In this document: positions 47,069 through 55,457 of the stretch, piece after piece | Position numbering within the stretch: the first letter of the stretch is position 1 | How the letters are laid out: every line of letters starts with the position of its first letter | NCBI GenBank assembly: GCA_046297855.1 | Contig: JBKBHB010000017.1 | Coordinates: 5,334-69,333, forward strand | DNA from: Azonexus sp. | GTDB taxonomy: Bacteria > Pseudomonadota > Gammaproteobacteria > Burkholderiales > Rhodocyclaceae | Reading direction: 5' to 3' | Length of the DNA stretch: 64,000 bases | Program-made: the position numbers and the translations under genes | The notes under the pieces: generated by a model | Seen by the model: the letters and a program-made list of their open reading frames with translations, nothing else | What the model was told of the DNA's origin: nothing | The model's database searches: none

Positions 47069-48010
47069 ATGCCTTTTGAACCCGTCATCCTGTTTTTCCT
47101 GCTCGGCCTGCTGGCCGGTCTGGCGCGTTCCGACCTGAAGATCCCGGCCGTGCTCTATGAATCGCTGAGCATCTTTCTGCTCCTCGCCATTGGCCTGAAA
47201 GGGGGGGTCGAACTATCCCGCCAGTCGCTGGCCGATCTGATTCTGCCGGCCGTGGTCATCGTCGGCATCGGTGCCGCCCTGCCGCTGATCGCCTTCCCCG
47301 TGCTGCAACGCCTCGGCAAGCTGTCGCGGGCCGATGCTGCCTCGCTGGCAGCCCATTACGGGTCGGTCAGCGTCGTCACCTTCGCCGTCGCCGCAGCCTA
47401 CCTGGCCAGCGTGGGACAGGCTTACGAGGGCTACATGGTCGTCTTTCTCGTCCTCCTCGAATTTCCGGCCCTGATGATCGGCGTCTGGCTGGCGCGGCGC
47501 GGCCAGGGCGAGTCGCCGGTCGGCAAGGTGCTGCACGAGGTGTTTGCCGGCAAGAGCATCGTGCTGCTGGTGGGCGGTCTGCTCATCGGCTGGCTGGCCG
47601 GTGCCGATGGCATCAAGCCGCTCGATCGCCTGTTCTTCGATCTCTTCAAGGGCCTGCTCGCCATTTTCTTGCTCGAAATGGGCCTGGTTGCGGCGAGCCG
47701 GATCGGCGACCTGCGGCGGGCTGGAACCTTCCTGGTCGGCTTCGCGGTGGCCATGCCGCTGTTCGCCGGCACGCTCGGCGCGCTGACGGCCAGCCTGCTC
47801 GGCCTCAGTGTCGGTGGCGCGGCGCTGCTTGCCACGCTGTACGCCAGCGCCTCCTATATCGCGGCGCCGGCAGCCATGCGTATCGCCGTACCGGAGGCCA
47901 ACCCGGCGCTGTCGATCGGCGCGGCGCTGGGCGTAACCTTTCCGTTCAATCTGGTGATCGGGATTCCGATTTATTACTGGCTGGCTCGCCAGCTCGAAGG
48001 AGTACTGTGA
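47069..48010 (+). CDS. sbtA: SbtA-family (DUF897) sodium-dependent bicarbonate transporter
   Basis: SDL.IP, S..LL.AIGLKGG, AAHYGSVS.VTF, KG.L..FLLEMG, ASASYIA.PAA and G.TFPFN...GIP.Y motifs. Confidence 0.9.
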   Translation: MPFEPVILFFLLGLLAGLARSDLKIPAVLYESLSIFLLLAIGLKGGVELSRQSLADLILPAVVIVGIGAALPLIAFPVLQRLGKLSRADAASLAAHYGSVSVVTFAVAAAYLASVGQAYEGYMVVFLVLLEFPALMIGVWLARRGQGESPVGKVLHEVFAGKSIVLLVGGLLIGWLAGADGIKPLDRLFFDLFKGLLAIFLLEMGLVAASRIGDLRRAGTFLVGFAVAMPLFAGTLGALTASLLGLSVGGAALLATLYASASYIAAPAAMRIAVPEANPALSIGAALGVTFPFNLVIGIPIYYWLARQLEGVL

Positions 48011-48354
48011 TGACGATGCAACCGGCAACCACCCCGGCTCATTCCCCGCTGGCCAGCTACACCCGGCGGACCCTGCTGACTGTGATCTGCGAAGCCTCGA
48101 TCGAAGGGCGTGTTGCGGCCGATGCCCGTCGCTTGGGAGCCCATGGCTATACCGCGAGCGATGCCCGCGGCTGGGGAGAACACGGAACGCGCGATGGCGG
48201 CTGGCCGCTGAGCGGCAATGTGCGGATCGACATTCTGTGTGAAGCCGCCGTCGCAGATGCCATCGCCGTTCACCTGCAAGCCAACTATTTCGCCCGTTAT
48301 GCGATGGTCTGTTACCTGAGCGACGTATCGGTGCTCCGTTCCGACAAGTTCTGA
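48007..48354 (+). CDS. sbtB: SbtB-like PII-family protein
   Basis: LLTVICE, GA.GYT..D.RG.G..G.R and N.RI..LC motifs, ending VLR.DKF; coupled to sbtA. Confidence 0.85.
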   Translation: MMTMQPATTPAHSPLASYTRRTLLTVICEASIEGRVAADARRLGAHGYTASDARGWGEHGTRDGGWPLSGNVRIDILCEAAVADAIAVHLQANYFARYAMVCYLSDVSVLRSDKF

Positions 48355-48376
48355 CCGGCAAGCGCCCTACAGCAAA

Positions 48377-49549
48377 TCACCGGCGTATAGCGGGGCGCTG
48401 TTTGTGGCGCCAGCGAATGAAGCCTGTGACGAAGGCCAGCAAGGGCAGGAGGCCGCAAATGAAAGCAGTGATTCGACCGGGAAGGCCGAAGGCTTCACCG
48501 TTGTGCAGAGGGTGCAGCCAGTCCATCAGCGTATCTCCGGCACTGTTTTCCTGCGGGTCTCGAATGGCGAGAATTTTCCCCGTGAGAGCATCAATCCAGA
48601 CGTTCGTGCGCGGAAAACGCCGGTTCGGTTCGCCGCTTTGCCGCATTTGAATGCGCCAGACAGCGTGTTCGGCGGCTGGTGTGTGGATCCAGCGCACCTC
48701 GGCACCGGGAAATCGGTGCCGGGCGATACGTACGGCCTCGTCGGCTGAAATGGCGGCCTCCATCGGGCGGGCCGGATCGCTGGCTTGATAGAGCGGTTTC
48801 AACGGGGAAAAGCGTTCGATAGCTGGGGTGAACCAGCCGGGTACGACGAGCATCTGGCCGGTAGCGGTCAGGGTAATGAGCAGCAAAAGCCCATAGAGGC
48901 CCGCTTTGGCGTGCAGGTCGTAAATGCGCCGTTTCCACACCGCCCCGGACTTGAAGGTGAGGGCGCTCCGCCACTTTCCGGCTGTTGGCCACCCAAGGTA
49001 GAGCCCACTGATTAGCACGATGAGGATCAGCAGCGAGGCGATGCCGAGCACGGTTTTGCCAGTCTTTTCCAACAGAAGGCTGTAGTGCAGATCGTAGAGC
49101 CAGGTGAGGGGGTCGTCCCCCCAGAAGCGTTGGCTGGTAACCTGCAGGGTGGCCGGATCGAGCGTCAGGATGAGTGGTGCAAAGGCGCGGTGGGCGGTTT
49201 CAATTGGCCGGTAGTAGCGGGCGGTGATGGGTGAGTCGTCACCACGCGGCAACTCGATGCGCCAGCTGTTGCGGCGTGCCGGTTCGGCCTGCTGCAAGGC
49301 TTCGACGATGCGGTTGAATGACGGGATTTCAGGTGACGGATAAATGACTGCCCGTTGTGGGTTGAGGGCGAGATCGAGTTCCGGATAGAAGACCAGCAAG
49401 CTGCCTGTCAGCCCGAGCAGTGCAAACAGCAGGCCGAACGTCAGGCCAAGCCATTTGTGCAGGTTATGAATCGGTGTCCGCAGCTTTCGTCCGTTGAGGA
49501 GGAGGGCAGGGGGCATGGCTTGAGCGGCAGGGTTTGCGGAGATCGGCAA
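48377..49549 (-). CDS. PepSY-associated TM helix domain protein
   Basis: HKWLGL..G......G.TGS.LVF, LHY.LL, GLYL.WP, DLH...G and LH.G..FG..GR motifs. Start may be ATG 49516. Confidence 0.92.
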   Translation of the reverse strand: MPISANPAAQAMPPALLLNGRKLRTPIHNLHKWLGLTFGLLFALLGLTGSLLVFYPELDLALNPQRAVIYPSPEIPSFNRIVEALQQAEPARRNSWRIELPRGDDSPITARYYRPIETAHRAFAPLILTLDPATLQVTSQRFWGDDPLTWLYDLHYSLLLEKTGKTVLGIASLLILIVLISGLYLGWPTAGKWRSALTFKSGAVWKRRIYDLHAKAGLYGLLLLITLTATGQMLVVPGWFTPAIERFSPLKPLYQASDPARPMEAAISADEAVRIARHRFPGAEVRWIHTPAAEHAVWRIQMRQSGEPNRRFPRTNVWIDALTGKILAIRDPQENSAGDTLMDWLHPLHNGEAFGLPGRITAFICGLLPLLAFVTGFIRWRHKQRPAIRR

Positions 49550-49567
49550 AGCACAAAGGCGGAGCGG

Positions 49568-51622
49568 CTACATTTTCACATGGAGCGAGGCATAGACAGA
49601 ACGGCCGGCGCCGGGCGAGAACATCGGCTGGTAGGAGGAGGCCGGATAGAAAAAATTGTCATACCAGACGTACTCGTACTTGCGGTCGAACATGTTTTTG
49701 ACCTGCAGGTCTATGCTGACTGCCTTGCTCAGCGCGTAATGCAGTCCGGTATCGAACAGGACGTAACCCCCAAACTTGCCTTGAGCGTTCTGGTCGTCAA
49801 TGTAGTAATTGCCTTGTGCACGGCCCTGCAGATCGAAGCGCAGGCGGTCGCTGGCCTGAAAATCCAGGCCGATGTTGGTGATGGTACGCGGTGTGGAAAA
49901 GACTTCCTTGCCAACCAGCGAGGTGCCGCCGGAAGCGTAGCCGCCAACGATTTTGGCTTCCTGATAGGCATGGGAGAACCATAGCTTGACCCTGTCGGCC
50001 ACCTGAGTGGTGATTTGGAAATCCACCCCCTTGCGCCGTGTTTCACCCAGGTTCTGGGTTGCGTTGGCGCTCGGCAGATTGGCGACTTCGTCGGTTGCAT
50101 CCTGCTGCCAGATGGCGATCCGTGCTTCGGTACCTTCCGCCACGCGGAATTTGCTACCGAGCTCGATACCAGTGTTGATCGACGGCTTGACGACTGGAGT
50201 GCCTGTGGTCAGATAAGCAGGCGAGCGTGAGCCGGTGAGGATCTGGAAGGTGCGGCCCCAGTTGCCGTAAAGACTGAAGGCGGGGGACGGGCTATAAACG
50301 ATGCTTAGTTTGGGTTGGTTGATCCAGCCGTAGTCTTGTAGCGGGTAGCTCTGGCCGGTGGTATTGAGTGTGGTATGGCCCTTGAAACTGTCGGTGCGGA
50401 TGGCCGGTACGATCTTCCACGACGGACCCGGTTTGATAATCGCCTGTACGTAAGCGCCAATGTTGTCGAGCGTGTGGCTGTCGTCGTTCGAGGTAGAGAC
50501 TGGTGTCGAAAAATCGGTCGGTACGGCATAGGCATAGCGGTATCGCCGATAGCGGTTGTCCTGGTGTTCGTAATGGAAGCCGCCTTCGATGGCGATTTTC
50601 TGACTGGCCTGCCAGGTCAGTGTATTCATCCAGCCAGTGTGTTCCTCGTTCCACAATCTCCGCTGGCGAGGCGCGTTGCTGCCCGAATAGCCGGTATAGG
50701 TGACGCGGCGATCATCCTCGATGCTGTTGTAGTAAAGCTTGCCGTTGTAAGCCAGGCTGGGTGTGATCTGAAGGTCGAGGTGGCCGCTGAATTGCTGCAT
50801 GTCGCGGTTATCGTGGTCATTGGCGTTGCGGGCGGGTGACTGGAAGCGATTGGCGTCCAGTTCGCCGGCAGTCAAGTAGCCCGGCGATTCGGCGTCTTGG
50901 TGGTAGATGCGGGCGATCAAGCCGGCTTTCAGGTGGCTACCATCGGAGGTGTAGAACCACTTGCCGCCCAGGCTGTATTTTTCCGAACGGGCATGGTCTC
51001 GGTAGCCATCCGAGTCCTGCTTGGCAATGAAGTAGTTTTGTGCGAAGCCGCCCGACTCACGACCCAGGGCGGCTTGCACCTCCTGTGTGTTGAAGCTGCC
51101 CAAGGTCAGGCGGCCGTCGGTGTAGTTGCCGCTCTGGCGCGTTGCGACGTTGATGTTGCCGCCAATGTTGTGCAAGCCGTAGCGTGGGTCATTGGTGCCG
51201 CGAACGACTTCGACGTAGTCGATGTCGAGTGGAAAGATCATGTCCAGGTAGCGCATGTTGCCGCTATTGACGTTGCTTGGCACACCGTCGATCAACAGTT
51301 TGATGCCGTTGATGTACCCCTCGCCATTGAAGGCGCGGAAGGATGGTTTGCCCGACTCGGCGCCGAGGCGGAACTCGGTGAGTTGGATCCCCGGCATCTG
51401 GCCGATCAGTTCCCAGCTATTGGCCACGTTTTTGTCCTGCACGCGCTCGGCTCCCATCACGTCGACCGAGGTCAGGATGCTGCGTGTCGGTAAGGATCCT
51501 GCGTTGCTGGCACTAACCGTCACTTCTCCCAAAACGATGGTCGATTCCTGAGCCTGAGCGCCGCAGAGGCCAAGAGCGACCAACCAGGCCAAGCGGCTGG
51601 GCGTGAATGAGTTTTGCATCAT
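49568..51622 (-). CDS. TonB-dependent outer-membrane receptor
   Basis: Signal peptide, TonB box (LGEVTVSA), plug (LIDGVP, VEVVRG...G...GG.IN), C-terminal NMFD..Y and terminal aromatic/beta strand. AGGGG RBS before ATG 51622. Confidence 0.95.
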   Translation of the reverse strand: MMQNSFTPSRLAWLVALGLCGAQAQESTIVLGEVTVSASNAGSLPTRSILTSVDVMGAERVQDKNVANSWELIGQMPGIQLTEFRLGAESGKPSFRAFNGEGYINGIKLLIDGVPSNVNSGNMRYLDMIFPLDIDYVEVVRGTNDPRYGLHNIGGNINVATRQSGNYTDGRLTLGSFNTQEVQAALGRESGGFAQNYFIAKQDSDGYRDHARSEKYSLGGKWFYTSDGSHLKAGLIARIYHQDAESPGYLTAGELDANRFQSPARNANDHDNRDMQQFSGHLDLQITPSLAYNGKLYYNSIEDDRRVTYTGYSGSNAPRQRRLWNEEHTGWMNTLTWQASQKIAIEGGFHYEHQDNRYRRYRYAYAVPTDFSTPVSTSNDDSHTLDNIGAYVQAIIKPGPSWKIVPAIRTDSFKGHTTLNTTGQSYPLQDYGWINQPKLSIVYSPSPAFSLYGNWGRTFQILTGSRSPAYLTTGTPVVKPSINTGIELGSKFRVAEGTEARIAIWQQDATDEVANLPSANATQNLGETRRKGVDFQITTQVADRVKLWFSHAYQEAKIVGGYASGGTSLVGKEVFSTPRTITNIGLDFQASDRLRFDLQGRAQGNYYIDDQNAQGKFGGYVLFDTGLHYALSKAVSIDLQVKNMFDRKYEYVWYDNFFYPASSYQPMFSPGAGRSVYASLHVKM

Positions 51623-51717
51623 GTGTTTCCCCTTTCGTTCGGTCAATTTCTTGTCCCGAATTCCCGCAGTTGTGATCGAGCGAGCCGAATGCTACCGAAA
51701 GGCGGTGCGCGTCAGGT

Positions 51718-51747
51718 GCGACATGTTGTCGCGCGTCACTGTGTCGC
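51718..51747. promoter_or_regulatory. Two contiguous RegA/RegR-like boxes (GCGAC-N5-GTCGC)
   Basis: GCGAC-atgtt-GTCGC (51718-32) and GCGTC-actgt-GTCGC (51733-47). Confidence 0.5.
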
Positions 51748-51766
51748 AGGGCGTGGTTGTTTTGGA

Positions 51767-51780
51767 TTGATGGCAATCAA
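51767..51780. promoter_or_regulatory. FNR/ANR/DNR-family box TTGAT-N4-ATCAA
   Basis: Perfect consensus TTGATggcaATCAA, about 145 bp upstream of the TBDR start. Confidence 0.8.
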
Positions 51781-51823
51781 TTTCCTTTACCGAAAGACCT
51801 GATCCAAAAGATGGGGATGATGC

Positions 51824-51849
51824 AAAAAAGCCAGCCTACAGGCTGGCTT
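51824..51849 (-). terminator. Rho-independent terminator after the yceI genes
   Basis: Stem AAGCCAGCC-TACA-GGCTGGCTT with U6 on the minus strand. Confidence 0.85.
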
Positions 51850-51869
51850 TCATCCGCACGGAGGGCGCC

Positions 51870-52448
51870 TTATTCTTTGATCGCTTCGATCGCCACGTCG
51901 ATGCGCACCTCGTCGCCGACGTACGGCGCGTACTTGCCGGCGTTGAATTCGGAGCGCTTGACGACGGTGTAGGCATTGGCGCCGATGGCATCCTTCTTGA
52001 CCATCGGGTGCGGCATGGCCTGGAAGCTGGTCACGGTCAGGGTCACCGGCCTGGTCACGCCCTTCAGGGTCAGGTTGCCTTCGATCCTGGTCGGTTTGTC
52101 GCCTTCGAAAATCACCTTCGTCGACTTGAAGGTGGCGGACGGGTACCTGGCCGTGTCGAGAAAATCCTCGCCCTGGATGTGCTCGTTGAAGGTGTCGTTA
52201 CCGGTGTCGACCGACTTGGTGTCGATCACGATGTCGACCGAGCCGGTCTTGGCGACCTTGTCGAAAACGACCTTGCCGCTGTTCTTGTTGAAGCGCGACT
52301 GCTGGGTCGAGTAGCCGAAGTGGTTGTACGAAAAGCGCGAGAAGGTGTGGCTGCTGTCGGCGACATAGGTCTCCGGCGCAGCAAAGGCCGCGGTGTTCAG
52401 ACTCGCAGCGGCGACGGCGAGGACAAGGGGGGGGAGTTGTTTTTTCAT
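51870..52448 (-). CDS. yceI: YceI family periplasmic lipid/polyisoprenoid-binding protein
   Basis: Signal peptide; Y..D.SHTF..F...H.GYS, SVDTG, DF.D...YP...FKST and GNLTL.GVT.PV motifs. Confidence 0.93.
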   Translation of the reverse strand: MKKQLPPLVLAVAAASLNTAAFAAPETYVADSSHTFSRFSYNHFGYSTQQSRFNKNSGKVVFDKVAKTGSVDIVIDTKSVDTGNDTFNEHIQGEDFLDTARYPSATFKSTKVIFEGDKPTRIEGNLTLKGVTRPVTLTVTSFQAMPHPMVKKDAIGANAYTVVKRSEFNAGKYAPYVGDEVRIDVAIEAIKE

Positions 52449-52473
52449 GGCGGTTTCTCCGTTGGGGTTGGGG

Positions 52474-53031
52474 TTACTTACTGCGGGCGGTGATGCGGAA
52501 CTTGATCACGACCTCGTTGGCAACGATGTCGAACTTGGCCCAGGAGCCTTCGCCGATGGCAAAGTCGGCGCGACGGATGGTGAAGCTGCCGTCGAACACG
52601 CCGGTGTTGCCCTGGGGGGTGAAGGTGGCCGGCACGACGACATCCTGCGTCTTGCCCTTGATGGTCAGCTGGCCACCGACTTCATACGTGTTCCCGCCGA
52701 GCGGCCTGACGGCGCCGGAGACAAACTTAGCAGTCGGGAACGCCTTGGTGTTGAACCACGGCTTGCCGGCAACTTCCTGATCGCCTTCCGGGGCGCCCGT
52801 GTCGACGCTGGCCAGTTCGACCTCGAAGGTGGCCTTGGCGGCGGTCGGCTTGGCTGGGTCGAAATTCAGCTGGCTGGTGAATTTCCTGAACTGGCCATCG
52901 ACCGCGACGCCCATCTGCTTGTAGGTGAAGTGGATGGCGCTCCTGTCCGGCTGGACCTGGGTGTATTCGACGGCCTGGGCCGAGAAGGCCGTGGCCAGGG
53001 CAAGGGCAAGGGCGAGAATAATTTTTTTCAT
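52474..53031 (-). CDS. yceI: YceI family protein (second copy)
   Basis: Start ATG 53031 with signal peptide MKKIILALALA; G.F..F, WF....FP.A.F.S, G.LTIKG and RR.DF.IG.G.W motifs. Confidence 0.9.
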   Translation of the reverse strand: MKKIILALALALATAFSAQAVEYTQVQPDRSAIHFTYKQMGVAVDGQFRKFTSQLNFDPAKPTAAKATFEVELASVDTGAPEGDQEVAGKPWFNTKAFPTAKFVSGAVRPLGGNTYEVGGQLTIKGKTQDVVVPATFTPQGNTGVFDGSFTIRRADFAIGEGSWAKFDIVANEVVIKFRITARSK

Positions 53032-53057
53032 GTCGTTTCTCCGTTTGGGGTGGGGTG

Positions 53058-53582
53058 TCAGTGCTTGGGCAGCATCCGGGTCAGGGTGTCGTCCTTGTCG
53101 ATGAAATGGTGCTTCAGCGCGGCGCCAATGTGGCCGGCCAGCACGGCGATGAAGAGGAGGTTCAGGCTCTTGTGCACCAGGGCCAGCAGGTCGCCGATTT
53201 CCTTGTTCTTGCCGAGCAGGTCGGGAATGGGCAGCACGCCGAAATAGACGGTCTGGAAACCCTTGGCCGAACTCATCAGCCAGCCGGACAGGGGGATGGC
53301 GATCATCAGCCCGTAGAGCAGCAGGTGGCCGGCATGGGCAGCGAACTGCATGCGCTTTCCCATGCTGGCCGGCAGGGCCGGCGGGCGATGGGTCAGGCGC
53401 CAGAAGAGGCGAAAGGCAACGAGCAGGAAGGCAGTGACGCCGGCCCATTTGTGCCACGAATAGAACTGCAGTTTTTCCGGTGACAGCGGCAGGTCTTGCA
53501 TATAGACGCCGAGAGCGAGCAGGCCGAAGAGCAGGGCGGCCATCAGCCAGTGCAGGGCCTTGGCGGTCTTGGTGTAGCTCAT
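53058..53582 (-). CDS. Cytochrome b561 (YceJ/CybB family)
   Basis: LHW..A, HK..G, H..LY...I..PLSG and H..AAL.HH...KD..L.RMLP heme-ligand motifs. Confidence 0.95.
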   Translation of the reverse strand: MSYTKTAKALHWLMAALLFGLLALGVYMQDLPLSPEKLQFYSWHKWAGVTAFLLVAFRLFWRLTHRPPALPASMGKRMQFAAHAGHLLLYGLMIAIPLSGWLMSSAKGFQTVYFGVLPIPDLLGKNKEIGDLLALVHKSLNLLFIAVLAGHIGAALKHHFIDKDDTLTRMLPKH

Positions 53583-54382
53583 TGGGGTTCTCCTGATGCG
53601 AAAGCGTAGGCATCCATGGCGATCACGTAATCATCGATGCCGGCATGAAAGCGTGTGGCACGGGCCTTGTTGCCGCCGGCACCGAGTGCGACATGGAAGG
53701 GCAACAGATGTTCCTCGCTCGGGTGGGCCTGCGCGCCGCCCGGCGCCTGGCGGCGGTAATCGAGCAGGGCCGGCACGTCGCCGGCGGCAACCCGTCTGGC
53801 CAGCCAGTCGGCGAACTGGCGCACGTAGGCTGGCGTCGGGCCCCCGTTCTGCCAGGCGGCCTGGTAGTCGTGCAGGTTGTGTGTGAGGCTGCCCGAGCCG
53901 ATGATCAGGAAGCCCTTGTCGCGCAACGGGACGAGCGCCTGACCCAGGTGATAGGCCTGCTCCGGGCCGCCCTGGCTTTGAATCGAAACGGGCACGACCG
54001 GCACCTCGGCATGCGGGAACATCAGGCGTAGCGGCACCCAGGCGCCGTGGTCCAGGCCACGGCGGGCGTCGCTGGCGACCGGCAGGCCAGCCGCGGCGAT
54101 GGCGGCAGCCACTTCGCGCGCGGCCTCCGGGCAGCCGGTGGCCGGGTAGCGGATGGCATACAGTGCTTCCGGAAAACCCCAGAAATCGTGGATCGTCTCC
54201 AGCTTCTCGGCAAAGCCGACAGTCGGCACCGCCGTGTCCCAGTGGGCGCTGACGATGACGATGGCGCGCGGCGAGGCCAGCCGGGCAGCCTGGGTAGCCA
54301 GCGCAGCGCCGGCCGCACCGGGGTTCAGGACGAAGGTCGGCGCACCGTGCGGGACGAAGAGGGCGGGTTGGGACGGGGTCAT
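53579..54382 (-). CDS. DODA-type extradiol dioxygenase (YgiD/LigB family)
   Basis: F..HG.P, SAHW, IHDFWGFP..LY...YP, GLDHG.W.PL, GSG..THNL and HP..EH..P motifs. Confidence 0.93.
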   Translation of the reverse strand: MTPSQPALFVPHGAPTFVLNPGAAGAALATQAARLASPRAIVIVSAHWDTAVPTVGFAEKLETIHDFWGFPEALYAIRYPATGCPEAAREVAAAIAAAGLPVASDARRGLDHGAWVPLRLMFPHAEVPVVPVSIQSQGGPEQAYHLGQALVPLRDKGFLIIGSGSLTHNLHDYQAAWQNGGPTPAYVRQFADWLARRVAAGDVPALLDYRRQAPGGAQAHPSEEHLLPFHVALGAGGNKARATRFHAGIDDYVIAMDAYAFASGEPQ

Positions 54383-54460
54383 GCTGAGGAGTCCGTTGGC
54401 GATGGCCGTACTGTATTCGCCTTTTTTGCACCGAAATAGAGGACAATAGGCAAATCACTA

Positions 54461-54475
54461 TTGCCAGATTGGCAA
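54461..54475. promoter_or_regulatory. LysR operator palindrome TTGCCA-GAT-TGGCAA
   Basis: Perfect 6-bp inverted repeat containing T-N11-A, immediately before the LysR start. Confidence 0.6.
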
Positions 54476-54477
54476 CA

Positions 54478-55359
54478 ATGGACCGACTCGATGCCATGCA
54501 ATGTTTTGTCCGGGTGGCCGAACTGGGCAGCTTCGCCGCGGCTGCCCAGCAGTTGGGCGCGGCCCGCTCGGTTGTGACCCGGCAGATTGCCGGGCTGGAG
54601 GCGCATCTCGGCGCCAAGCTGATGGCCCGCAGCACCCGGCGCCTGACCCTGACCTCGGCCGGTGCAGCTTACCTTGAGAAATGCCGCGTCATCCTCAATC
54701 TGGTCGAGGCGGCGGAAAGCGGCCTCGCCGAGGAAGGGCAGGCGCCGCGCGGCAACATCCGGCTCAGCCTGCCGCTCAGTTTCGGCCTCAAGCGTCTGGC
54801 GCCGTTGCTGCTCGACTTCTCGCAGCGTTACCCGGAAGTGAGGCTCGACATGGATTATTCGGATCGCCGGATCAACCTGATCGAGGAAGGCCTCGATCTC
54901 GCTATCCGCGTCACCCGGCGGCTTGAAGCCGGCGACATCGCCCGCCGCCTCGGGGCCTGCCGCATGCTGACCCTGGCCGCGCCGGAATACCTGGCGCGGC
55001 ATGGCCGGCCGGCCCACCCGTCCGAACTGGCCCATCATCTTTGTCTCGGCTACACCAATTCCGGTAACACGCTGAACTGGCAATTCGCCGTCGACGGCCA
55101 ATCGGTCAGCATTCCGGTACGCAGCCGCTTGAACGCCAACAATGGCGACGTGCTGACCGAGGCGGCGGCGCTCGGCCTTGGCATCACCTGCCAGCCGGAC
55201 TTCATTGCCGAGCCATTTCTCGCCTCGGGCCGGGTGGTCGAAATCCTGGCCGAATTCCCCGGGCCTGAACTCGGCGTGCATGCGCTGCTCCCCGGCAACC
55301 GTCACGTGCCGCACCGGGTGCGGGTCTTGATCGATCATCTGGCGGCCGGTCTGGCGTAA
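54478..55359 (+). CDS. LysR family regulator (CrgA/DmlR-like)
   Basis: MDRLDAM..FVRVAE.GSF.AAA, RSTRRL.LT, D...EG.DLAIR and NNG..L motifs. Confidence 0.93.
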   Translation: MDRLDAMQCFVRVAELGSFAAAAQQLGAARSVVTRQIAGLEAHLGAKLMARSTRRLTLTSAGAAYLEKCRVILNLVEAAESGLAEEGQAPRGNIRLSLPLSFGLKRLAPLLLDFSQRYPEVRLDMDYSDRRINLIEEGLDLAIRVTRRLEAGDIARRLGACRMLTLAAPEYLARHGRPAHPSELAHHLCLGYTNSGNTLNWQFAVDGQSVSIPVRSRLNANNGDVLTEAAALGLGITCQPDFIAEPFLASGRVVEILAEFPGPELGVHALLPGNRHVPHRVRVLIDHLAAGLA

Positions 55360-55457
55360 CAATTCTTTACCGTTTGCCGACAACCGCTGAAACGGCGTAG
55401 CGTTAACCCGAGTTGTCTCAACCGGCGCGCTCGCGCCACGCTACAGGGAGGTTTTTC

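Noticed and set aside
5081-53613. Apparent N-terminal extensions or fusions in the ORF track (5081-6127, 6061-7545, 35212-36708, 52474-53613, 59478-60998)
   Set aside because: The extensions overlap upstream genes in another frame. The real starts are downstream ATGs with coupling or RBS evidence.
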